In this document: positions 53,826-64,000 of the stretch, piece after piece
How the letters are laid out: each line of letters begins with the position of its first letter
How positions within the stretch are numbered: position 1 is the first letter of the stretch
Assembly (NCBI RefSeq): GCF_963853765.1
Contig: NC_088855.1
Span: 53,568,001-53,632,000, forward strand
Direction: 5' to 3'
From: Magallana gigas
Lineage: Eukaryota
DNA: 64,000 nt
Made by a program: the position numbers and the translations under genes
Notes under the pieces: model-generated
What the model was told of the DNA's origin: nothing
Database searches by the model: none
The model's input: only the letters and a program-made list of their open reading frames with translations

Positions 53826-55430
53826 GATGTATTCAGGTACTGATGATTGGGATGTATTCATGTACTAATGATTGGGATGTATTCACGTACTGATGATTGA
53901 GATGTGTTCAGGCCCTGATGATTGGGATGTATTTATGTACTGATGATTGGGATTTATCCATGTACTGATGATTGACATGTATCCATGTACTGATGATTGG
54001 GATGTATTCACGTACTAAAGATTGGGATGTATTCAGGTACTGATGATTGAGATGTATCCATGTACTGATGATTGGGATGTATTCATGTACTGATAATTGG
54101 GATATATTCATGGACTGATGTTTGAGATGAATTCTCGTACTAATGATTGGGATGTATTAACGTACTGATGATTGGGATGTATTCATGTATTGATGATTGG
54201 TATGTATTCATGTACTGATGATTGGAATGTATCCATCTACTGATGATTGGGATGTATCCATGTACTGATGATTAGGATGTATCCATGTACTGATGATTGG
54301 GATGTATTCACGTACTAATGATTGGGATGAATCCATGCACTGATGATTGGAATGTATTCACGTACTGATGATTGGGATGCATTCAGGTACTGATGATTAA
54401 GATGTATCCATGTACTGATGATTGGGATTTATTTACGTACTGATGATTGGAATGTATTCATGTACTGATGATTGGGATGTATTCACGTACTGATGATTGG
54501 GATGCATTCATGTACTGATGATTGAGATGTATTCATGCACTGATGATTGGGATGTATTCATGTACTGATGATTGGTATGCATTCATGTACTGATGATTGA
54601 GATGTATCCATGTACTGATGATTGGGATTTATTGACGTACTGATGATTGGAATGTATTCATTCACTGATGATTGGGATGTATTCATGTACTGATGATTGG
54701 GATTTATTTACGTACTGATGATTGGGATGTATTCATGTACTGATGATTGGTTTGTATTCACGTACTAATGATTGAGATGTATTGACGTACTGATGATTGG
54801 GATGTATCCAGGTACTGATGATTGGGATGTTTCACTTACTGATGATTGAGATGTTTTCATGCACTGATGATTGAGATGTGCTCATGTACTGATGATTGGG
54901 ATGTATTCATGTACTGATGACTGGGATGTATTTACGTACTGATGATTCGGATGTATTCACGTACTGGTGATTGGAATATATCAATGTACTGATGATTGGG
55001 ATGTGTTCAAGTACTGATGATTGGGATCTATTCATGTACTGATGATTGGGATGTATTCATGTACTGAAGATTGAGATGTATTCACGTACTAATGATTGAG
55101 ATGTATTGACGTACTGAAGATTGGGATTTAACCAGGTGCTGATGATTTTTATGTATTCATGTACTGATGATTGAGATGCATTCACGTACTAATGATTGAA
55201 ATGTATTAACGTACTGATGATTGAGATGTATCCAGGTACTGATGATTGGGATGTATCAATGTACTGATGATTGAGATATAATCACGTACTGATGATTTGG
55301 ATGTATTCATGTACTGAAGATTGGGATTTAACCAGGTGCTGATGATTGGGATGTATTCATGTACTGATGATTGAGATGTATCCATGTACTGATGATTGAA
55401 ATGTATCCATGTTCTGATGATTGGGATGCA
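53826..55430. repeat. 25-bp minisatellite, about 64 copies
   Basis: Unit gatgtattcatgtactgatgattgg with point variants and constant length; it degenerates towards 55485. Confidence 0.97.
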
Positions 55431-58400
55431 TCTGTTTACTTATGTATGGGTTGTATTTATGAACTGAATGATGATTGGGATGTATAAGCGAAATGCACTG
55501 ATGAATGGGGTGTTTAGGCGAAATGCCATTTTAATTTTAAAATGTGTGAAATACGTAAGTTATATTTTCCAATTGTAATAACCTCACTAGAAAAAGGAGA
55601 CTTCTTATAGGACAACTTCGGAATTTATTTCCGTGTAGTATTATGTTTGATTTTTTTTTTATTTATATATAGACGCAATTTTTTTTTCATGGAAACGAAC
55701 TATTCGGCGATTTATCTATTGAAAGGCTCCGTACATTTTATACATTCTATTTCCAGATTCTTTGTACGAGCAATTCTTCTTTTTCTATCTTTCTGACTTC
55801 ATTAATGAAGACACATTTTGCGACTCCCCGGCTATCTGTCTGACGGAGATAATTTTCTGAATTAAATATTGAACTTTAAAGAAAGTCTTCTATCAACTAT
55901 TTAATTTCTGGAAGCTGCATGAGCATGGGGCAAATGATAAATCCGTAGAAATTTGATTTCTTTTGGAGATTTGGTTGATCCATGGCGCAATTGATAATGA
56001 GTTTTAGCGCCAGTGGATTAACGCCTCATCCGGGCTATGTCGGGGCGCTCCGCCTTACTTTGCCTAAGTACAGGAATTCAAGACGAAAAGCTCCAAGGAT
56101 TCAGTCTGTATATCAACAGGGGTTAATTTACACAAAGGAAGACATTTATATATCATCATCCCCTCCTGGCCAAGTGCACGCTAATTGTTTTGCCCTGTTA
56201 AATACATAATAATATATATACAAATCTTTCAGCTGATCTGGATTTTGGCGTAGCCTAAGAACTTCACCAACAGGAGACACTCGTGACATGGTAGGGGTAG
56301 AGGGTTTTTTTTTCAATTGTCAGATCTCACACGAAAAGTGCAAACTTCTTGTCAATGTAGCACTAACATCGATGTAACAGACAGATCTCGTGTCGACGTG
56401 CGCCGTCGCCAGAGATCACCCAACAATTGACATACACAAGAACAGGTGTACTTTTTGAAATATTAAACAATTTTCCTGTATTCCTTCAATCATTTAATGA
56501 CATAACACTGAAGCGATTATTGGTGATAAGAAAGAAATAAACTCGAGCCATCGCACAAATCCGGCCATTGGGCAGCTACAAAGGGAAGGTACATGAACGG
56601 GGCGTCACAAGATGGGACGCGTGCTGGGATAATCTTTTTAAGGTAATTCAGTAGCTAGGGCAAGAGTTGGAGAGTCTCCTCCCTATCAAAGATATGTAAG
56701 TATATTTCTTATGATCCCTGACCCACGTTATATATATGCACGATTATTAACAACATAAGTCAAATCTTTGCATTTTAAATAATCCATGTGGTGAACTTCT
56801 ACGATGAAATGAGAATAGCCTCTGTGGAAACAAGGACGCAGCCGTAGAATAAATTTTATTTCTAGTTTATCAAAAATATTTTAAGGTAATTCCATATGAT
56901 ATGTACTTTTCTGCACAATTTGTGCCCAGGGTTCTTATATTAATATGGCGTCGCTCATGTCAGTTTTAGTTGGAATATCGTCTACAGAAATTTTCATTAA
57001 TATCGAAAAGAATGTTAAAACTTTTCTTCAATTTGAAAATTTAAATTTTTTTCTTCAATCTGCATCGTGAACGGATTTTTGACATTATGGGAACATTTTC
57101 ACTCACTCAATTTAATTTGATCCTTTCGTGCTATGCGCGCTGCATTCATTGTAATGCATAGGAAACACCCACGACTGCAATAGAGATAACTTACAGAGGG
57201 AAGATTTCATATAATCTGCTTATCTTATTTGATATTGCTGTTTTTATTATCGTCATCTTCCGTCTTATCTTATTGCGAGCTGTATAACAGCAAAAGCCCA
57301 CTTCCTGTCGGGTGCGTTCGTTCCGCCTATGTAGAAGTACACCGGTCACCATCAAATAGCAGCACTCGGCTCAGTTGCTTACAAATGACCGAAACATGGG
57401 TTTTGAAGTTCAGTGTAGGTCACATTTATCACTTCTGTATACAATAAGGGGCAGGGATTAGTGAACTCCGAAAAAGATGAAGCGATTTCTGAAAATTGCT
57501 ATCACGTATCAATCATTCTGTAAACACTGTTGATTTAGAATAACAAACGATGGCTTCCAACCAGTGGTGGAAAGACTGGAAGTGTAATTACACTCCAAAC
57601 AGATCCAGTTTTTTGTACGACTACCACCTCTGTAGGACTATCTAACACGTGTTCGAAATCTGGACATTGAACACCTGAAACATGCACATAAATTTACCAG
57701 CTCGTGCCTGCCAATTACACTATCACCATACAAACGAATTGGTCGAAATGCTTGCCTTCTTTTGTGGACATATGGATATCTATTTTTATGTATTTATCCT
57801 TGCAAACTTATTGACTTACAAAATTGTGTTCGAACATTCCAGAAAAACCACCCAAAATGTTGTTAAGCAAACTATTTCTAGCAAATATTTAGAGGAAGTC
57901 TACTTGCGATTCCCTTTTTCTATAAACATGCGAAACTGATGAAAATAAAAATGTACTGTATATATTGTATCAATTGTCAGCGATTGAGTGAACTTCATCC
58001 TGTCTAAAACCTGCTGCAGTCTGTTTACATCTTCCGGTCGAATCTCACAAAATTATTTACGATTATCGAACCAAGACGAAAACAAATTCCATTCTTGCGG
58101 GCAATAGATCAGCATATTACTATTCTCTAATTACACAATTTATTGGGTTTAAGACACTGTGTCATTCAATAAGCAAACAATTGGCGAATTCGGTAGACGA
58201 TGTAATGCCTTAATGCAGGAGAATCCGCCGATTGGAGCAGCATTGTTCAATACTAGGTTGAATCTTAGATATATTAATGAACTTTGTTTTTTTTCGATAA
58301 ATCACATGAACGCAGAAATTGATAGGCTGTCCTGATATTCATTATGTCAGCGAAGACCGTTATAAGGCAACTTGTTAGCCCTGATCACGTGACGTACGGT

Positions 58401-60268
58401 CGAATTTGCTCGGGTGTGAAAACAATAAAACACGGGAACAGATATCTACCGTCTGCTAGTGAAAACCATTAGTCCGCTGATCTACAGATTTTTACCAAGA
58501 ATTTAGGAAATTATGATTAATTTTACAAAATTTGCGATATCTGCTACGCCAAATTTTTCTCGCCACGAGATTTGCGCGAGATATAATCCTTTTATCACGC
58601 AGTGGCTTTGTGAGTTCGTCTGGATTCACACATTAATTTAATCCTGTGGATAGTTAAAACGATGCGACCTTATTACGTCCATTCTCAGCAGGTTTTCATA
58701 ATTCAACAATTTTCTTCGAATGGAATTTGTCAGCAACCGTGCTTCGAAGTCATAAACAAAATTCTAAGGATAACTCTTGGTCAGGGTGCTACAACTAAAC
58801 GGAAACGTTCTGTCAAATCCCAAATCATTAACTAATTCTTTATGTATAACAACCCCTGCAATGTTGCAGCTTCCGCTGCCTCTATTACGCCTCATCCAAA
58901 CAAAATCGGACAAAATCTATCGCACCTGCTCTGTTTGTTTCTTGGCCCCAAGGCTCTGAACTTGAAAAAATAAATGCATTATGTAATTAACTAAGATGCT
59001 GTGATCCCTATGAAATAAAACCATCCGGTGAAACATAACTGGGTCAATGGTGTTATAACCTTGATTCAGAGTTGGAAACAAGCACATAGTTTGCATACAT
59101 AACCAAGGGTTGCTATAAGTGTTATAATTTCACTTTGGCAAACTGGTTTCTAGAATATCAATTGATAAGGCCAAATTCTCTGCTTTGCAATAAAAAAAAA
59201 TAAACATTGGTTTTATGATATATGTTCTATACAGAAGGAGAATTACCATGATGACGAACTAACGCTTTCTTTGTGAAGTTCTTGCATGGGTACTGATGCA
59301 TCTCAAGTTCTTGTCTCGGACATTTCCTTTAATAGAAAAAATCAGGGCTCATTACGTGATTGAAACCACAGAGAAAAATATCTGAACAATGAAATATATA
59401 AATCCACCGCAATCGAATTAGAGCATTTAGTCATCAGTAATGAAATCAGGTTCCATTTCAATGACGACAGCAAAATCCCGATGTCTGGGGCGGTCCGGGG
59501 AACCGGCGCAAGATGGCGTCCGAGCTGGAAAACCATAACGCTGAATTACTTCTCTTTTAATTTGATAAGAAAAAGAAATTGTACGAAATCGATCCGCCGA
59601 CTTTCTTTAAAATATGCCTCTGTTTTATCATGTGCATCTCGGTAATTTGTTTGTAGAGTCTAATCTTTCCATCCTATTTATACTGCAGAGCAGTTAATCA
59701 ACGTAAATATGACAAGAGCGCTCGTTTATGAACCGACATTGTTTTCAGTGCATGTTTGTTCTTACTCTCCGTGTCTGTAATTTCATGTTGATGTCATACC
59801 ACACACAGGGTTCAAATGAATTGCTCATTAGTTTTTGCATTAAGATTATTTCTTTTTACTACTAAAATTTGATTACAGACAGGTGTATGTTTCGTATGAA
59901 TCTCACCTGTTGATTTGACCAACGTCTGTGAATCTGACGTCACGGAATCCATTATAGGCTGATTGGTAAAGTTAACCCATTACTGTTACTTCATTTTTCA
60001 AAGGTGTCATTTGAAATTTAGCGGAAGAAAAAGAGTTTCTGAATAAAATATTTTGAAAAAGCAATAAGTTATGACCATTTGCGAATTTACCCACGGACTG
60101 CAATTGCGCGAGATTATTTTTATACGATCTGCGAGCAGTGGTTAATTGTAAGTGTTTCTGATTCCAAGACAATTTTATATAAATTTAACCTAATTGACAA
60201 ATAGTTGACATTATATGAAACTTGTTTAAAAATTATTACATTGCAAAAGATGTACTCCCAATTTGCCC

Positions 60269-60545
60269 GAGGACAGGGAGTAACAAGTAATTGTTATTTG
60301 TCTAAGGATAGGGAGTAGTAATGCGTATTTGTAATTTTTTTTAAGGACAAGGAGTTGTGAAAATAGTTACTACACCATCATTACACTATTATATAGCAAA
60401 AGAGTAGTAAGTATTTGTAACTCATCTCAGGAGATGAAGTAGTGAGTATCTGCAATTTATTTAAGGACAGGGAGTAGTCAGTATTCGTAAACTATATCAG
60501 GACATGGAGTAGTGATTATTTGTAATTAATGTAAGGACAGGGAAA
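60269..60545. repeat. Old degenerate tandem repeat of about 35 bp
   Basis: Recurrent aaggacagggagtagt...tatttgtaa, about 7 copies. Confidence 0.65.
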
Positions 60546-61354
60546 AATTCGAGATTTGTACAGCTTTGGTGTTGAGGTATACAGAAACAAATTCTAAACA
60601 TTCTGCTGCAATAATTTTTTTTCACTGGCAGCTTTGGCATTGCTTTTGTATATATAACCTATTAATCTGATCATAACGAACACATATTTTTTTCCTGATA
60701 TAACCGATGAATATGAATTTTTGGTAAGAAAGCGATTACTTTTGATATGAATTAAGTATTTGTTAAGGTTGAATACATTTTATTGGGTCATCGGTCCAAG
60801 GACATCTCGTGTTTGAGGAACTCGTGTCATGGTAGATCATCACACGCATCAACAGCCTTCAAAAGACACTGATTACAAATGAAGGCTGTTTATTCATGTG
60901 AATTCTCAGGGCTCTCGTTAAGTTATCTACTATTCACTTTGATATAAATGTTAAAAGATATATCAACCTTAAAATATTTTAAGCCGAGCGCTTCATGAAC
61001 TTTTCATGACCGTCATTCGCTAATCATTCAATTATTTCATAAATCGCCGCCTACGAATCGCTTCTCCATCCCATTTATTCCTCCGGTGTTGTCTCCAAAC
61101 CCTTAACCATCTTCCCATGCAACAGAAATTGCTAATTTGTTAATTTTTAAACAAAATGTTTTGTCAATTTTAATTATAGCGAAAGACAAAGAGGGAAAAA
61201 TTGCTCCTTTTCTCGGTGATTATTCCATTTGAAAAGTACAGTTCAAAAGCTTCTTTTACCTATACTTAGAAAAATTTTAAATTTGTTTACAGCAATTCAT
61301 TCATTTGATATTTAAAAACATTTTTACGGCGATTTCTGAGTAATTTACTTAAGG

Positions 61355-61500
61355 AATGAATTCAATATTTATTTGTTTTATACGATATAAAATGGTTTGG
61401 TGCAGTTTACGCTTTATAAACCGCGAAGCGGTTTATAAACAAGCGTAACATGTTTCAAACCATTTTATATCGTATAAAACTAATAAATATTGAATTCATT
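61355..61500. repeat. 146-bp near-perfect palindrome with a GAA loop
   Basis: The 45-bp outer arms aatgaattcaatatttatt.gttttatacgatataaaatggtttg differ at 1 position. The inner part reads tttataaaccgc-GAA-gcggtttataaa. Confidence 0.9.
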
Positions 61501-62915
61501 GCTTATAATTTAATTTTTTAACTCTTCATTGTAGATAAAAACGGTCATTTAACCTTTAAAATGATGTAAAATTGTACAAAATTCAAACGTAACGTCAGGC
61601 GTATTGATACGTTTTTGACGTTAGTCTTACTATAACGTAGGCAACATTCTTTATACAATATAAAACATTGTTTTTTAGCCAATCAGAAAGCGCGTTGCAA
61701 CCAGAATTAAATTATTTGGAAATTAAAACATTTTTAAGACGATCAATCGCGAAACGTTTAGGATTCAATTATGTTAAAAGATTTTGAAAATTGGACTGTT
61801 GTCACTATACATAAAAAATAAGTTCCGCGGAAATGGTCTTGGTATGAAAATTAATTAAATCGAATTAGCTGAACTCCCGGTTTCTTATAGTTTTGCCGTT
61901 ATCACGTGGGACGCAATATCCGGTACGTCCCCGCGGTTTATTGGGGTACGCACCAAGGTATTCCTCGAGAGGTTTTGTTTACGACATAGAAATCTATATT
62001 AATATAATTCTCTCTCTGGATGTGGTAAACAAATAGGGCGTAGTATGGATCAAAACCCCCTCGGTGAACAGTTCCCATTTTTTTCCATTCACCAACCCGA
62101 GTCCATTTAGGCACCTAAATTTTTATTCTATATATTAGGCATCGGAAAATCAAAGACTTATCAAAATATCCAAATGCCGTCAACAGAGGAACAATTCTCA
62201 TAAATTAATATCTGTTTATTTCAGAAGACGTCGAGCATTGCTTTGTGGAGGTTGCGGCGATTCGTTGTTTGTGTCTGGGCGCTGTGCAGGGGCAGATACA
62301 GACGGCGATTGGTTATTGAACACTCATACAGCGGCCTCTGTGCTAAGCCTCCAGTATTCCTCCCAGCAGCTCATAACACGGCCCTACTTTATGTCAAAAT
62401 GATGTCGACTTTTATTAGAAATCGCTCAGTGTAAACTCGGTTTTTAATTTCGTCTTCAGGATTTTAAAATTTGGATTTGCGTGTTCTTTGAAGTTTAAAG
62501 GATTTTTAACTGTATCTGAAGGAAAGCAACAATCCGCATTTATATATTCGCCTTGGACGTCAAAGTAAGTTGCGTGATATTTTTACTTAAAAATTTCAAA
62601 AAGAAATTTCTTTTAAAATCTTTCAATCATGCTTTGTGTCTATTTTTAGTTATGTATTTTCTACCAGTGTTTTAGATTCAAATTTTGATTGATGGTCAAT
62701 TTTGATCTCATTCTATCTGAAAGATCAGTTCGATTTGATTTATCAAACAAGAAACGTTTAATTTGGGTGGAAAAGGGAAAGAAAGGAGTTTTCTGACCTG
62801 CTATGAGTATCCGTTAGGGTATACCGGCCTTATTTATTTTGATGATTATCTGATCGTACCAAGGCACTTAATGACTCGCTATTTATCTTTTTCTTTTAAT
62901 TTCCAGTTTTCAGCA

Positions 62916-64000
62916 ATGTCTGAATACCTCTCAGAGACCACCGTTAGCAATAGCAGTGGGGACCAGCGCGCCATGGACAATCAGACGATTCTACAGTCCA
63001 TGACGCTGGAATTTCCTGAGGACTACCTCTCAAACGGAACCTTTGTGCCCTATTTAATCATCCCCTTCCCAAAGAATCTAGCCTTCCCCGTGTATGGTGT
63101 TTTGGTCCCCATTATCACTGTACTGACGCTGGTGTCCAACGTCCTCGTCATCTGTGTTTTCTTGAAGAAGAAGATGCGTTCAGTGACAACGCTTTTTCTC
63201 GCGGGATTGGCATGTTCGGATACACTCTCCGCTATTTTGTGGTGTGTGGTACACCTCTATTTTTATGGATTCAAAAGCGACTACACAGTCCCGGTCCAGC
63301 ATCCGCTGTGTGTTTTCCATGACTACGCTTTATATTTAGCGGTGATGTTTCATGCGACGTCAGTCTGGCTCACTACAACGCTTGGCGTACAGCGATGCAT
63401 CATTGTCGTCAAACCGTTCTGGGGACCACGATTGTGGACAATGAAGAAGTCGGCCTTCATGACCCTTTTGGCTTATCTATTGTCTGTGATGTTTTTTCTT
63501 CCGTTATTTTTTATGAACAATTATAAGAAAATTGAAGTGACGGAGAACAATATAACGTCTGTCGTCTGCGGGGTAAGAGTGGACCCTTTCTTCGAAAAGA
63601 GACTGTATGAGTACTCCATTGTAAATAATTCTTTCCGTGGAATATTCGTACAGTTCCTGCCATGCATTTTGATGCTGATTACGACGTTCGTCCTGGCGTA
63701 CAAATTAAAACACGGCAAGATTCTGCAGCGCTGCATCTCCTCGGCGGCGGAGGGTCCAAAACGAGACTTCCAGCACCGACAGCGGACGACGTTAATGGTG
63801 GTCATCATCATGATCATCTTCCTCATCGTGGAGATTCCGAACGGCATCGTCTTCGGAATCAAAGTATACGAAAACCTGTCCGACAATTACATCATAGAAA
63901 CTGAAACTGACTATTCGATAGCCATTCTACAGAACTTTGTTCTGTTGTTGAGCTATCACTGTAACTTCTGGATTTATGTAGCGCTGAGCGCCAGGTTTAG
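62916..64000 (+). CDS. Class A peptide GPCR of the sex-peptide/MIP/FMRFamide receptor-like group; 3' end lies beyond the window
   Basis: Frame is open from ATG 62916 to the window end (361 codons); it is absent from the ORF track because there is no stop. Seven hydrophobic segments: SNVLVICVF (TM1), LAGLACSD (TM2), FHATSVWLTTTLGVQRC (TM3, QRC replacing DRY), FLIVEIP (TM6), CNFWIY (TM7). N-glycosylation sequons at the N-terminus. Candidate 5'-UTR intron from 62565 to 62906 or 62913. Confidence 0.92.
   Translation, partial: MSEYLSETTVSNSSGDQRAMDNQTILQSMTLEFPEDYLSNGTFVPYLIIPFPKNLAFPVYGVLVPIITVLTLVSNVLVICVFLKKKMRSVTTLFLAGLACSDTLSAILWCVVHLYFYGFKSDYTVPVQHPLCVFHDYALYLAVMFHATSVWLTTTLGVQRCIIVVKPFWGPRLWTMKKSAFMTLLAYLLSVMFFLPLFFMNNYKKIEVTENNITSVVCGVRVDPFFEKRLYEYSIVNNSFRGIFVQFLPCILMLITTFVLAYKLKHGKILQRCISSAAEGPKRDFQHRQRTTLMVVIIMIIFLIVEIPNGIVFGIKVYENLSDNYIIETETDYSIAILQNFVLLLSYHCNFWIYVALSARF

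Noticed and set aside
53826-55430. C/D-box snoRNA array (TGATGA and CTGA in each unit)
   Set aside because: The boxes overlap within a 25-bp unit, leaving no room for a guide or terminal stem.

Overview
AT-rich animal genomic DNA, probably from an oyster-like bivalve (inferred from spliceosomal introns, MITE and minisatellite families, and protein similarity); it is not prokaryotic. There is one 150-N assembly gap. I reconstructed eight genes by hand from splice sites and reading frame. (1-2) Two intronless activator-type C/EBP paralogs on the minus strand. (3) C/EBP-gamma, divergent from them. (4-5) MRPL38 (8 exons) head-to-head with HSBP1 (3 exons, one U12 AT-AC intron). (6) Single-exon SOCS6. 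(7) BPHL (8 exons). (8) A class A peptide GPCR that runs off the window end. The strongest candidate for an undescribed system is the three-gene C/EBP cassette: TATA plus CRE promoters on the activator paralogs, three perfect ATF4-C/EBP (CARE) sites on gamma, an AT-hook-like motif next to the bZIP, uORFs and LIP-like internal starts, and an AP-1-type KCR cysteine in one paralog. Other notable items are a 30-copy minisatellite built from the MRPL38 splice donor and a possible splice-controlled mitochondrion/peroxisome switch in BPHL. All calls are by eye; no database searches were run, and expected-count figures are rough estimates assuming about 33% GC.
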